From Clostridia bacterium (GTDB lineage: Bacteria > Bacillota > Clostridia > TANB77 > CAG-508), in the NCBI GenBank assembly GCA_017458285.1, contig JAFTFU010000002.1, positions 7,079 to 71,078 on the forward strand: a stretch of 64,000 bases of DNA. The letters are read 5' to 3'. The notes beneath the pieces are model-generated. The model worked only from the letters and a program-made list of their open reading frames with translations, made no database searches and was not told the DNA's origin. This document shows positions 20,873 through 31,709 of the stretch, in pieces (the first letter of the stretch is position 1; the number at the start of each line of letters is the position of its first letter). The translations under genes and the position numbers were made by a program.

Positions 20873-21355
20873 TTATGTATTTTTCTTATAATTTGTGTTG
20901 TTGAATGTATTTGGAATACTATTTTTATCTTTTGTTAGGCTAAACCAAGCATAACGTGATAACAGTCCTTCGTTCTCAGATAAAAGAGTATCGTGCATAG
21001 ACAATAGTTTGTCTAACTGATTTGCATTACTAAAAGCATGAAAGTCATTTGAACTTAAATTGACTTTTAATAACGTAGGTGTGCGTATATATGTAGAATC
21101 AAGATACTCTAACAACAAATAATTACTTATTATCTCTATTTCTAAATCAGATAAATCACAATTAAATTGTTTTAACTCATCGTCTTTATCATTTAGATTT
21201 ATTCGACATATATAAAACTTCGGTATTGCCGAAATTAAAAAATCATATAAATACTCCTCTATTTCTTCTGATGTCATTATAGGAATTTCATAAGAATGGA
21301 ACTTAGATAACACATTTGAATATATTTTGTTATATGGAGTAGACATATTAATCAC
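20873..21355 (-). CDS. Putative head-tail adaptor
   Basis: MSTPYNKIYS...LS(K)F start, helical; position after the capsid genes. Confidence 0.55.
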   Translation of the reverse strand: MINMSTPYNKIYSNVLSKFHSYEIPIMTSEEIEEYLYDFLISAIPKFYICRINLNDKDDELKQFNCDLSDLEIEIISNYLLLEYLDSTYIRTPTLLKVNLSSNDFHAFSNANQLDKLLSMHDTLLSENEGLLSRYAWFSLTKDKNSIPNTFNNTNYKKNT

Positions 21356-21372
21356 CCATTCCTATGTTTAAA

Positions 21373-21954
21373 TCAAAGTAAAGAAATTAAATCTAAGTTT
21401 AAGTATCTTTCCAAAGTTCTAATGACTGAAATATCTGTAATTTCACCATTGGCAATCATACTCTTAATCTTATTGAAAACCGCAATTTTCAAACCAGTAG
21501 GAGTAGCAATAATATTTTCACAAATGTCGCAAATAGTTGCTCTTGTATAATTTTCTCCATTCATAAGCAATTCGTATTTTTTATAATTTTTAGTCAGACC
21601 GAATTTATTAATTACCCTATCGTCAAGTGGCTTTAACCATAAATCTTTAAAGTAACCCTTTGAATTTCGCCACATATTTTTTAAAGTATCGTAAGTTAAA
21701 AATTCTGAATGACCTACTTGTTCCCATTCATAAAAATCATTAGTTCTATTATCTTGATAACTGACATGGGGAATAAGGGAAATTACTTCAATTTCATCTG
21801 TATCAACAAGTGGCTTAACCACTTCTGTATTTTTTATTTCAACACCATTATCCATATTGTTGATAGCAGAGCTGTCTTTTACAACAGCTCCGTCATCAAC
21901 AACGCTGGATTTAGATGTGGATTTTGTTCTTGCCATATTTGCTCCACCTTTCAA
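21373..21954 (-). CDS. Hypothetical protein following the major capsid gene
   Basis: ~190-aa ORF in the head operon. Confidence 0.6.
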   Translation of the reverse strand: MKGGANMARTKSTSKSSVVDDGAVVKDSSAINNMDNGVEIKNTEVVKPLVDTDEIEVISLIPHVSYQDNRTNDFYEWEQVGHSEFLTYDTLKNMWRNSKGYFKDLWLKPLDDRVINKFGLTKNYKKYELLMNGENYTRATICDICENIIATPTGLKIAVFNKIKSMIANGEITDISVIRTLERYLNLDLISLL

Positions 21955-22005
21955 TCTAAAACCAATTTATAATTATATAAATAAACAGACAAAACCATTT
22001 TACGG

Positions 22006-23040
22006 TTAATTAAAAGTAAACAATCCAGTGTAAGTAGGAAGTACAAGTCCCATTCCAATAAGTGTCTGAACTTGAAAATCAATAGTCATATCATTGTTCT
22101 TCTTGCCTGTAGTGTCCATGTCTGACCTTGTGTCACCAATAACCTCCAGTTTAATAGGTTTAGTATCGCCGCCAAGAATAAAGAGTTGAGAATCATTAAG
22201 TGCAAGATTAAATGTACCAGACTGAAGCGTTTGAGGAATAACCATAAGTTTATTACCTTCCCACTCACCGATAGAACCTGTAGCTGCTTTTGCCTCTTTC
22301 TGAGAGTTAGAGAACATCTTGTCAGGAACGATACCAGCGAGTTTTCTTAAAGCACCTTTAGTACCAGCAATAGTAAGACTTGCATAACCACCAGCAGCGG
22401 CTACTTTATCACAAAGACCGCCAACAGCAGCTTCGGAGTTTCCGTTTGAAGAGAAATCAGAAGGAATAGCATTGGCAACATTTTGGAACTGTGCATAAAG
22501 TCTATCCTGTATATATTTATTAATTGAAAGATAAACTTTATCAATCAGTTTCTCCAAAGGTGTAATGCCAATAAGGAATCTTTCAAGCTCCTCATAAACA
22601 TGAATATAAATCCACTCTTTAGGAAGTGTAATCTCAGAACCAAGATCAATAGCTTGTCTATTAGTGTCCCAGTGGTTACCGGCGAATGTTGCAACAGAAA
22701 GCAAGCCACCTTCAGAATAAAAAGCAGACTTATCGCCCAATGCTCTATTCTTAACCTCCACAAAAGAGTCAATAAAAGGAGATTCAAGAACGTTATCGCC
22801 GATAGTGACATTTACAATCTCCTCAATAATCTCAAACATTACGATATTATTACGTCTAAATGCCTGATAAAGAGTTTTCCCTTTAAGAATGTCCTCTTGA
22901 ATAGTTTTTCTCAAATAATTTTCAAGGTCTTTCTTTGTAACCTTTTCATTATCAATATGTGCAGAATAATCATTCCTTGCAAGGTCAAGAGCAAGGTCAA
23001 ATACTTGCTGTTCTTGCTGTGTAAAATTAGTATATGCCAT
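22006..23040 (-). CDS. Major capsid protein
   Basis: 344 aa with strong RBS (AAGGAGTG); order portal-protease-decoration-capsid; codon usage suggests high expression. Confidence 0.8.
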   Translation of the reverse strand: MAYTNFTQQEQQVFDLALDLARNDYSAHIDNEKVTKKDLENYLRKTIQEDILKGKTLYQAFRRNNIVMFEIIEEIVNVTIGDNVLESPFIDSFVEVKNRALGDKSAFYSEGGLLSVATFAGNHWDTNRQAIDLGSEITLPKEWIYIHVYEELERFLIGITPLEKLIDKVYLSINKYIQDRLYAQFQNVANAIPSDFSSNGNSEAAVGGLCDKVAAAGGYASLTIAGTKGALRKLAGIVPDKMFSNSQKEAKAATGSIGEWEGNKLMVIPQTLQSGTFNLALNDSQLFILGGDTKPIKLEVIGDTRSDMDTTGKKNNDMTIDFQVQTLIGMGLVLPTYTGLFTFN

Positions 23041-23063
23041 AATTAATCACTCCTTTTCTTTGA

Positions 23064-23639
23064 TTATACGGTTACATCTGTAATTTTAATTTCATATATA
23101 TCCGTCTTACTACCGTATGTATGTGCAGCAGTTACAAGAGTAGCACCAGATATACGCTTACGCATAACCTGACCAACAACTACACCAGATGAAGGTTTAG
23201 TAGTAGCGGCAACAAGTTTACCTGTTGTACTATCAATAGATGTATATACGGCGGTTGTAGTAAAGTCTGTAACAGTAGTAACGACAGACTGGGTAGCAGA
23301 TGTCACGCCATCAATAGAAATACCAAATTCATCATTTTTCTTTACTACTCTTACTCTAAATCTTGTGCCAGCAGGAATAATATAGTTATCCCTACGCTGA
23401 TTTGTAATTCTACTTGTATCTTCAGTCCATGCAGGATTATCTACTACAACAATATCACCAATTTTAAGACCTGATTTTGTACCAGCCTTAAAGTTATATG
23501 TATTAGATTCACCAGTTGCAAGACCGTCAAGATAACCAAATGTACCATTTTCAATATCTGTAGTTGCAACAGCATCAAAAATTCTTTCCGCATAACGTGT
23601 GCTACCAAGGTTTACGCTTTCAAAAACTGTATATGCCAT
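23064..23639 (-). CDS. Capsid decoration/auxiliary head protein
   Basis: 191 aa, Thr/Gly-rich, DIENGTFG motif; between scaffold and capsid genes. Confidence 0.6.
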   Translation of the reverse strand: MAYTVFESVNLGSTRYAERIFDAVATTDIENGTFGYLDGLATGESNTYNFKAGTKSGLKIGDIVVVDNPAWTEDTSRITNQRRDNYIIPAGTRFRVRVVKKNDEFGISIDGVTSATQSVVTTVTDFTTTAVYTSIDSTTGKLVAATTKPSSGVVVGQVMRKRISGATLVTAAHTYGSKTDIYEIKITDVTV

Positions 23640-23660
23640 AATAAAACTCCTCCTTAAATT

Positions 23661-25202
23661 TTATTCGCCGACAGGAATGTTACCGTATTTTGTAACAACA
23701 AATTTACTGTCAGTAGTATCATCATCCATAATTCCTAACTTAACTGAATCATTTTTACTGAAATTTGTTCCCATATTTTGCTTACCAAAAATTGCATAAC
23801 ATTTTACTTCAATATCAGAAACAGTCATATCTTCTAAAAGACCTTTTTCAAAATTGTCTTTTAAAGAAATAAAATCAGCATTATCTTTTAATGCTGATTC
23901 AAATTTTGTAAATATTTGATTTTTCTCAGCTATTTCCGCAGTTTTGTTTCTTACCTGTTCATCTTGAACATAAGCATCATACTTGATTTTCATATCATCA
24001 TATTTCGCTTTTATAGCAATATAATCTTTTTGTACGGCAGTACAATCATTTTGTACAGCTGTATAATCAGCCTGTATGTCTGCGACCTTTTGATTTGCTT
24101 CTTCGACTTTCTGAAATGCTTTATCTTCAATTTGAGTAATATCAGCGCCAATATCAAAAACAGTTTCAGAAGATTGTGTACCATCTACATAATCTTCATA
24201 AACTATTTTCTTTCTTTTAGCGGATTCAAAATTAACAATAGGTTTATCACCATCTACTGTATAAGGACAGCCGTAAAATCCATAATTCTTTCTATCACGA
24301 ACAATTACTTCGCTGTCTTGAATATCTACTAAACGATAACGAGAGATAGAATCACCCCATCTATCTGTTATCATTTCACTTTGAGAAACAATATTGCCAA
24401 TATCTTCAAATTGTTCTATTGTAGTCTGAAAGTCTGTATTAGAATTAGACATTTTTTCATTACCTCCTTGCGTAAAATCAGTGTTTTGACTTTGTGTTGA
24501 ATTAGAATTTATTTTTGCAAATTCCGTGTATTTATTATTCAATTCATCTTGTATTTTCTTTATAAAATCTGATACAGTAAATTGAACTTCAACAGTTGAG
24601 TTAATCATTGCAGGACTATATTTGTCGCCTAAAATACAAGCAGCTCTAAATGAAAACTTTGTAAAATGGAACAATCCATTTTCATCCTCATATCCATCAT
24701 AGGAATCTTCATCATCCCATAATTCCATAGAATGAGATTTAATAATATCTCTTTTCATTATTTCTGAGCTATCTTCAAACATATCCCACATTATACCATC
24801 AACGACTAAAAATGTTCTTGTCTCACCATCATCACATAATCTTTCCTCGTAATGTGCATTATTATCTTCAGATGATAAAATAACACCATAAGCTGAACCA
24901 ACATATTTATGTTCAATCCCATTTTCAGTTTTTACGATAATATATCTATGGTCAGAAAAATCGTTTGTATCTTTATCATCTTTACTCCCATTATCTTCTA
25001 CGAAGCCAACAATAGGTACATATTGTAAAGTAGGAATAGCTTTATCAACTACTTCTTTTTCAAAAACTGAACCGTTAAAGTTCTGACCAAGATGTAAAAG
25101 CCATATTTTTACTTTGATAAATCTTTTACTTTCGTCATTTATATCATCTATCTTTTGAAACATTACAGGAAGTGATAATTTTGACTTGACTTTTACTGAC
25201 AT
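23661..25202 (-). CDS. Prohead protease/scaffold
   Basis: HLGQNFNGSVF, SHSMEL and ACILG motifs followed by a C-terminal coiled coil. Confidence 0.75.
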   Translation of the reverse strand: MSVKVKSKLSLPVMFQKIDDINDESKRFIKVKIWLLHLGQNFNGSVFEKEVVDKAIPTLQYVPIVGFVEDNGSKDDKDTNDFSDHRYIIVKTENGIEHKYVGSAYGVILSSEDNNAHYEERLCDDGETRTFLVVDGIMWDMFEDSSEIMKRDIIKSHSMELWDDEDSYDGYEDENGLFHFTKFSFRAACILGDKYSPAMINSTVEVQFTVSDFIKKIQDELNNKYTEFAKINSNSTQSQNTDFTQGGNEKMSNSNTDFQTTIEQFEDIGNIVSQSEMITDRWGDSISRYRLVDIQDSEVIVRDRKNYGFYGCPYTVDGDKPIVNFESAKRKKIVYEDYVDGTQSSETVFDIGADITQIEDKAFQKVEEANQKVADIQADYTAVQNDCTAVQKDYIAIKAKYDDMKIKYDAYVQDEQVRNKTAEIAEKNQIFTKFESALKDNADFISLKDNFEKGLLEDMTVSDIEVKCYAIFGKQNMGTNFSKNDSVKLGIMDDDTTDSKFVVTKYGNIPVGE

Positions 25203-25214
25203 ACCATCACCGCC

Positions 25215-26768
25215 TTACATATTATTTTTATCTCCATCAACACTCTTTTCACCTTCATCAGATAATGGTTTGCCTACCGAATCATTTGTAGGTCTGCCAG
25301 TCTGACTCGAAGAATTATAAGAAGAATTGAGGGGAACAAAGTTATTTTTAAAATCAAAAATATCTTTATGCAAAATATAAGACCCCATCGTTCTTGATGG
25401 AGTCATGTCTAATGTTGCTAACCATTTATCAATAACCGTTGCACCTAAAGTACAAGCCTCCTTGTATCGTTTAGAAACATTATCTCTATTAAAAATTGTA
25501 ATATCCAATAGATAAAAATTGAACTTATATGTTTTTTTGTTATATCCTTTTAATTTAATATAACGATTGCACCATCGTTCTAATTGTCTATAAATATTGT
25601 AAATAAAAGCAGAATCATTTTCTATAGAATACGTAACTGCTGTAGCTGAAGCAGAACCATTAAACAATTCCTTGGTTTCGCCGGAGCTATTGTATAATTC
25701 ATCAACTGCATCAGATACATTATTCCGAGTATTAGCAGAATCTTTAAAACTTATAGCTTGACCCGTAGAACCCAATGTATGTATTAAACCAATATCATCA
25801 CTCATATTCTCTTTGTTAATCTCTGCAAATATTCGCAATGTATCGGGTGTCAGTAAAGGCTTGTCAACCATTTTTTCATCAATAGGAACTTTCACCATAA
25901 TTGCCTTATAGTTATCAGTTCTTGCTGATTGTAGTTTTAATTGTTTATAAACATCGACATCTAAAATATCTTTAATCAAATTAATTAAAACAGGGAATGG
26001 GTAAGACCATTGATTGTTAAACTTTATACAGATCTGTTTATCTGAGGGTGGCAAATACCATTTATCAATTATGTCTTTTTTGTAATCATTGTATGCCTGT
26101 TGTACATAATCAGGATAAGCAGATAGTTTATCTTTGTTTATAGCAGATAAGTTTATTATAAAATTATATAATCCATCGTCGATTTGATATAATTTACAAA
26201 TATTATAATTTATCTCTTGATAATAAAAAGTATTATCATTTTCTACAACTAAACCACAATAAATATCTTGATAAGGCAATACTCTTACTATTTTTGAAAA
26301 TTCATGTTTAATATTCATATTTTCAAATTTTGATGCGATAGCATTATAAGCTGTTTTAACAGTTTTAATATTTGCTTTATGTGAAATATCATATAAGTCT
26401 ATCCACCAACAAAATAAAGCCATATTACCATATAACATATTTAATCTATAATAATGAGGCGAACTGTGCATTAACATTCTTGATACCGATAATAATACTT
26501 TCCAATAATGCTTTGGATATTTTATGGCAGTTAAAATTGTATCTAACTTATATTCTCCCAAACAACCAGTTTCTAATATATTGGTATTTAAACATAAATC
26601 ATTTATCATCAATCTTCTAAAAGAGCTATAATCAATATTATTATTTTTTATTGAATCATTGAATCTTTGTTCATCTTTTTTGTAGTCTTCTTTAGAGTAA
26701 ATAGTTCGATATTGATATTGTTTTTGTTTACTTTCTTTCTTAGATTTTTTGCCCATAACACAATTCAC
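25215..26768 (-). CDS. Portal protein
   Basis: 517 aa directly after the terminase large subunit; C-terminal GRPT motif. Confidence 0.75.
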   Translation of the reverse strand: MNCVMGKKSKKESKQKQYQYRTIYSKEDYKKDEQRFNDSIKNNNIDYSSFRRLMINDLCLNTNILETGCLGEYKLDTILTAIKYPKHYWKVLLSVSRMLMHSSPHYYRLNMLYGNMALFCWWIDLYDISHKANIKTVKTAYNAIASKFENMNIKHEFSKIVRVLPYQDIYCGLVVENDNTFYYQEINYNICKLYQIDDGLYNFIINLSAINKDKLSAYPDYVQQAYNDYKKDIIDKWYLPPSDKQICIKFNNQWSYPFPVLINLIKDILDVDVYKQLKLQSARTDNYKAIMVKVPIDEKMVDKPLLTPDTLRIFAEINKENMSDDIGLIHTLGSTGQAISFKDSANTRNNVSDAVDELYNSSGETKELFNGSASATAVTYSIENDSAFIYNIYRQLERWCNRYIKLKGYNKKTYKFNFYLLDITIFNRDNVSKRYKEACTLGATVIDKWLATLDMTPSRTMGSYILHKDIFDFKNNFVPLNSSYNSSSQTGRPTNDSVGKPLSDEGEKSVDGDKNNM

Positions 26769-26775
26769 CTCAATT

Positions 26776-28686
26776 CTAATATATTTTAGGTTTGCGATTT
26801 AATTGCCTTAACCCTTTAGCATAATTCCTCATTGTATAATCATGCGGTAGTTTTTTAAACAATTCTTTTTCTATTTGTCTTTGCACCCAATAATTATACG
26901 CAGCAGAACTATATCTATCTTTTCTCGCACCTGATTTTTCCTTTATCTGAATTTGCGTACCTACAACTTTATGCTGTAAACCTACTAATTCTCTGACGAA
27001 CAAATCTGTGTTGATATATGGTAATTGCAAGGACAATCTATCACTTGGTATCATTTTATTATAACCTTTAAAGTTATCTTTTAATATTTCTTCACTTTCA
27101 TCTTTAGAAACTAATAAATTAATTTTATTATTTTGAATACCTGTTCGCAGTTGAGTACATAATTCTGTGTTTAAACTATCATACGCTTGTATAGCCCATA
27201 TTACCTTCTGTGCATTTTGTTGAGCAAACGACTCATTCAAATCCTTATTCTTTTTTAAAACATCAGTTTCGTAACAAGCTAATGCTGGATATACTATTCC
27301 TGTATGGGTATCAATTAAATCTTTCATCAATTCTTGTACAATAGGCAATCCTAAACCTCCAGCATCTATTGCTAAATCAGTTGCTTTAAAATAATCAAAT
27401 AGTATTCTTATTTTTAATGCCAAATCACTACCGATAATTCCCTCTATGCTTGTTAAATAAACAAAATTTCCAATATATGTATTTCTATTTGTAGGTATAG
27501 CACGATTTAAAATAATAGAACTTGCATCGTTTTTATGCCTTGTAGAAGCCATCAATGCAATATCTACCGATAATATTCTTCTTTCGTTTAACAATAAATC
27601 GGGTATAGCAGGAATAACTAAATTTTTAGACAAGTCATTTTTAAAATAATAAGGTATTTCAATTTTTCGTATGTTTAACAAATCATCATAATCAAAGAAA
27701 GCACCATCTGAGTCTCCAAAAAACAACCCTTCCATTTCAATAGAAAATTTTATTTCGTCAAAATCATCTTCGCTCATTTCATCTTGTATTTGTTCTCTCG
27801 ATAATAAATTATTTTTAATTGCGATTTGATATGGTAGATCGCAAACAAAGTATTTTTTATCATCTCTTAACATATTTTTAAAATACGTTCGTGCTTTTGT
27901 GAAAGACCAGTGACTTTTATAATAAGCCGAGCCTGTATATATTTCTTTGTTTCTTTCTTGTAAATGTGCGTATTCTGGTAAATCTAAATATGCTGGATGT
28001 CTTGGTGCTGTTAAAAATCTACGCAATACAGTGTTGATTGTATTCAAATCTAACATCCAAAATTCATCAATAAAAAGAATATTTGCTCTTGCACCTCTGG
28101 CTGTATCAGATGGTGTAACGACTTTAATCCAAGAACCATTTGCAAATTGTATTTCAGCTTTGTTTTCACCAACAACAGAATACGTTATTTCTTTCCGTAG
28201 ATTTTCCGAACCCCATCCATAGTTCTTCATTAAATCTTCTGTTATCTTTAACAACATTTCATTTCCTTGCCTTCTTGTACTTGCAGCAACTACTATTTTA
28301 GTATGTGGAAATAAAATAGCATAAGTACAAGCACATATACTATCAAGAAATGTTTTACCTTGCCCCCTACTGGCGATATATAGACTATAGTTGTTATGTA
28401 AAAATTCCCATAACAATACCTTTTGAAAATTCTTTAAATTAATATTAAGATAATGCTCCACAAAGAGATGCGGATTTGCTCTAAATATCCCCACAAATTT
28501 AGCAATCTTTTTTAAAAATTCTAAATACTTATCATTTATTTGAATAGTCTTGTGTTTTTCTATTGCCTCATTAACACTATTATCTTTGTCATAATCCTCA
28601 TAATCATTATCAGAAACATTTCTATCTAAAACCACGCCATCATCTATGTTTTTAATATTCATTTCGTCAATCATAATATCGCCCAC
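26776..28686 (-). CDS. terL: Terminase large subunit
   Basis: Walker A ASRGQGKT, ARGARAN, Walker B ILFIDE; nuclease motifs SVDIA and RKDRYS. Confidence 0.93.
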   Translation of the reverse strand: MGDIMIDEMNIKNIDDGVVLDRNVSDNDYEDYDKDNSVNEAIEKHKTIQINDKYLEFLKKIAKFVGIFRANPHLFVEHYLNINLKNFQKVLLWEFLHNNYSLYIASRGQGKTFLDSICACTYAILFPHTKIVVAASTRRQGNEMLLKITEDLMKNYGWGSENLRKEITYSVVGENKAEIQFANGSWIKVVTPSDTARGARANILFIDEFWMLDLNTINTVLRRFLTAPRHPAYLDLPEYAHLQERNKEIYTGSAYYKSHWSFTKARTYFKNMLRDDKKYFVCDLPYQIAIKNNLLSREQIQDEMSEDDFDEIKFSIEMEGLFFGDSDGAFFDYDDLLNIRKIEIPYYFKNDLSKNLVIPAIPDLLLNERRILSVDIALMASTRHKNDASSIILNRAIPTNRNTYIGNFVYLTSIEGIIGSDLALKIRILFDYFKATDLAIDAGGLGLPIVQELMKDLIDTHTGIVYPALACYETDVLKKNKDLNESFAQQNAQKVIWAIQAYDSLNTELCTQLRTGIQNNKINLLVSKDESEEILKDNFKGYNKMIPSDRLSLQLPYINTDLFVRELVGLQHKVVGTQIQIKEKSGARKDRYSSAAYNYWVQRQIEKELFKKLPHDYTMRNYAKGLRQLNRKPKIY

Positions 28687-29795
28687 TACTCTTCAGAATT
28701 GGAGTTGCCGCCTATACCACCAAAAATGTTATCAAATGATGTTTCCGAATCATAATCATCTTCATATTGTGGTTTATTAACAGTAAATTGTTTCATTAGT
28801 TTAGAGTATGTTTCAGAATAAAAGTTCTGTATTCCGACCGCTTTGCAAGTATGTCCTCTTATAAATCCATCTAATTCGCCTATATGATCTATATCAGCCA
28901 AATGTCCTTGTGGCGTAGGAATAGGTTTTAAAATTGTATCTTCCCATATTTCTGCCATTTCACCCAATGTGCGTTTATCGGTAGATAAAATATCGTTTTC
29001 TTTACTTTGTTTCGGCTGTAATTTACCTGTGTCAAGCAAATCTTTAAATGTCCTATCTAAGTCTTTTGTATCTTCACCAGCGATATTAGCTTTATGTGCT
29101 TTCCATCTATTAAAACATATTGCCTTAAATACTTCTTCTTGTGCTTTAGTCTGACATTCATGCCGAGAAGTCCAATCGTCATATTCGTTTTGTAAAAACA
29201 CATAATCGTCTGAATTAAGACCACTACCAAAAAACTTACTTGCTTTAGTAACAATAGCTTCTTGATTAAAATCATCATCATTAAAACTCGACATTAGTTT
29301 TTGTTTTTTTTTTATATCTTGATAATCTTTAAAAATTGTATCATTGTAATCTTTGGTTTTATATTGAAGTAATTTAACATGACGAAAATAATAAGGCATA
29401 AAACTCAATTCATTTTTTGAATTATCATTCTTTTTGGTAAATTCTGTCATTGCATTTTCATACAAATCATCTGAATAATATAAATCAAATGACATACATA
29501 TTCGTTGTGTTGCTTTTTTGTCAGGATTTTTATACTCTCTATTTTGACATTCTTTTAAGTATTCATCATATATTTTATTAATACAATCTTTACAATACGG
29601 CAATTTACCTTTTGCTTTGTATAAAATACTATCAGAATCATAGTATTCATTTATATCATTATCCTCGCCACAACAAGCACAAGACATCATAATCTTTGCT
29701 GTTTTGTCTTTGGGAGGTCTACCTCTTGGTCTTGGGTTGGATTGCACATCAGAAAGTGATATATCAATTTTAGGTGGTCTACCTCTTTTACTCAT
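28686..29795 (-). CDS. Putative terminase small subunit / DNA-binding protein with AT-hooks and Zn finger
   Basis: Immediately upstream of terL; KRGRPPK and PRGRPPK AT-hook-like motifs; CACC...CKDC. Confidence 0.6.
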   Translation of the reverse strand: MSKRGRPPKIDISLSDVQSNPRPRGRPPKDKTAKIMMSCACCGEDNDINEYYDSDSILYKAKGKLPYCKDCINKIYDEYLKECQNREYKNPDKKATQRICMSFDLYYSDDLYENAMTEFTKKNDNSKNELSFMPYYFRHVKLLQYKTKDYNDTIFKDYQDIKKKQKLMSSFNDDDFNQEAIVTKASKFFGSGLNSDDYVFLQNEYDDWTSRHECQTKAQEEVFKAICFNRWKAHKANIAGEDTKDLDRTFKDLLDTGKLQPKQSKENDILSTDKRTLGEMAEIWEDTILKPIPTPQGHLADIDHIGELDGFIRGHTCKAVGIQNFYSETYSKLMKQFTVNKPQYEDDYDSETSFDNIFGGIGGNSNSEE

Positions 29796-29826
29796 ACTTC
29801 ACACCATCTTTCAATTTTCTTTTTTG

Positions 29827-31236
29827 TCATTTATTCATTTGTACCCTATTAGATTTAATGGGTGTGTAAATAACATCCGTTAAACCATCCTCAATATCAA
29901 AAATAAATGTTTTACATTGTCGTTTAGAAGAATACCCATTGTCTGTAGTCCACTTAGACTTTGCGCTAATAGTGGGTAATCTTTGTATTCGCATATTAAA
30001 CTCTTCCATTAAAACATTCTCAGTATGTAAATGTTGTAAAAACACCTCTGTTGTATCAACATCTGACCAATACTCTCTCGCTTCGTCTGCAATGAGCATA
30101 GGTAATTTCTTAACATTTGCATCATGAGCAAAGCATAATAATGTTTTGCCGAATTTCATATACTTTCTTGCAAGCGGTAAATAATCAACATTTATCGTAT
30201 TATCGTTTCTGTACCACGCATCAATAAACTTTGCTATCTTAAAACCAGTTTGTTCATCATGATTAGCAGGAACGTATATTACTTTTACTTTAGCTTTTTG
30301 ACTTAATATATCAATAGCTTTGATTAACATATCACAACATCTTTCATAAGCATCATAATAATGAATATCGCAATCCTGTGCCGTGCCTTTGGTTGTCGTA
30401 TTCTGTATGCTATCATTATTCAGCATATCACCGCCTATAATAAAAACTATTTCATTAAATTTATAATTGTTCGTTCTTGTGACTATATCTTCAATAACAT
30501 AGGAAAACAAATCTTCCGCAATATCACAATCATATTCGTTTCCTGTTGTTAGCATTGAAGCTTGCAAATTCATATGTAAATCAGCTATATTTATCAAAAG
30601 CAATTTATCGCCTTGTAAATAATCATTTCTTTCTTTAATCTTAGGCAAAGAGTAATTTCTATCTAATTTATCAAAAACTTCTTCTATCTTTGAAAGCGAA
30701 ATATTATTATCCTGTATAGGTTTAACTGTCAAATAACTTGCATAGAGAGTAACAATACCATCTTGCTTACTTATAACTTGACGAATGGTATTTCTTGCAC
30801 TTGATATTTGCCATAATGAACTGTCAAACCCATGAGCTTTTAAAAGATATTCGGGATCTTTACTATCATTTTCAGTCATTTCTAATAGTTTACTGCTTGA
30901 TAACGAGCCATCTTTGTTAATAGATACTTCACAGCCAAAACGCTTTTGAATATCATCAATTTTATTCTCTTGCTTGTGTTCATCACTTTGGTTATTTGTA
31001 TTATTATTTTTTAATGAATTTTTGTGTTTCAAGTATTCATAAATAAAATAACCACCAAAAATCGTACCATTCGCTTTTCTGAGACTGTCGGTTGATATAG
31101 GTAATTGATATTGGTTGCATATTTCAGACCAATCTAAATCAATGTCACCATTCTTTTTATTAATAATAGTTCGCAAACATTCTTCGTATTGTTCTGCTGA
31201 CAAGTCATATTGTTCCAATTCTTTTAAAATATCCAT
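29827..31236 (-). CDS. Calcineurin-like metallophosphoesterase
   Basis: ADLH, GGD, ANHD, AH and QHLH motifs. Confidence 0.8.
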   Translation of the reverse strand: MDILKELEQYDLSAEQYEECLRTIINKKNGDIDLDWSEICNQYQLPISTDSLRKANGTIFGGYFIYEYLKHKNSLKNNNTNNQSDEHKQENKIDDIQKRFGCEVSINKDGSLSSSKLLEMTENDSKDPEYLLKAHGFDSSLWQISSARNTIRQVISKQDGIVTLYASYLTVKPIQDNNISLSKIEEVFDKLDRNYSLPKIKERNDYLQGDKLLLINIADLHMNLQASMLTTGNEYDCDIAEDLFSYVIEDIVTRTNNYKFNEIVFIIGGDMLNNDSIQNTTTKGTAQDCDIHYYDAYERCCDMLIKAIDILSQKAKVKVIYVPANHDEQTGFKIAKFIDAWYRNDNTINVDYLPLARKYMKFGKTLLCFAHDANVKKLPMLIADEAREYWSDVDTTEVFLQHLHTENVLMEEFNMRIQRLPTISAKSKWTTDNGYSSKRQCKTFIFDIEDGLTDVIYTPIKSNRVQMNK

Positions 31237-31446
31237 ATATTCACACTACTTTCTTTTGTTTTTATTTAGTTTGGTTATTGGTAGGGCGACGTATCCTACA
31301 TTTCGGATACCTTTCCGGATGTATCGGAAACCATTTCCGCTCTCAATAACCTAATAAGGCACAGTGACAGACTATAAAGCCTACCGCTGTGCCGACCCGT
31401 AAAGAGTATATCTTTGTTTATAAGACCCGCAAGGGGTAGAATTGTT

Positions 31447-31522
31447 TGGGTGCAGAGGCAAGACTTGAACTTGCAATCTTCAGGATATGAACCTGCCGAG
31501 CTACCATTGCTACTACTCTGCA
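31447..31522 (-). tRNA. tRNA-Met (CAT anticodon)
   Basis: TGCAGAG/CTCTGCA acceptor stem, anticodon loop TTCATAT, T-loop GTTCAAG, encoded CCA. Confidence 0.85.
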
Positions 31523-31709
31523 ATATAATATTTGCAACAACAAAACAATCAAATATCCGATAATAAAAAATTAAAGCTGCGACTTACCACAGTCACAGCT
31601 TTAACATAATAAAAGAAAGGTGTTAAAATATGAATATTATATATAAACAGCTATTGCTGTTCATACCAAAAAATAAATAAATTAAGTATAGGACTCACTC
31701 GTAATCCTA

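Noticed and set aside
31296-31523. 75-aa ORF over tRNA-Met, and ORFs at 53632-54313 over the tRNA cluster
   Set aside because: They coincide with tRNA or structured RNA sequences and are spurious.
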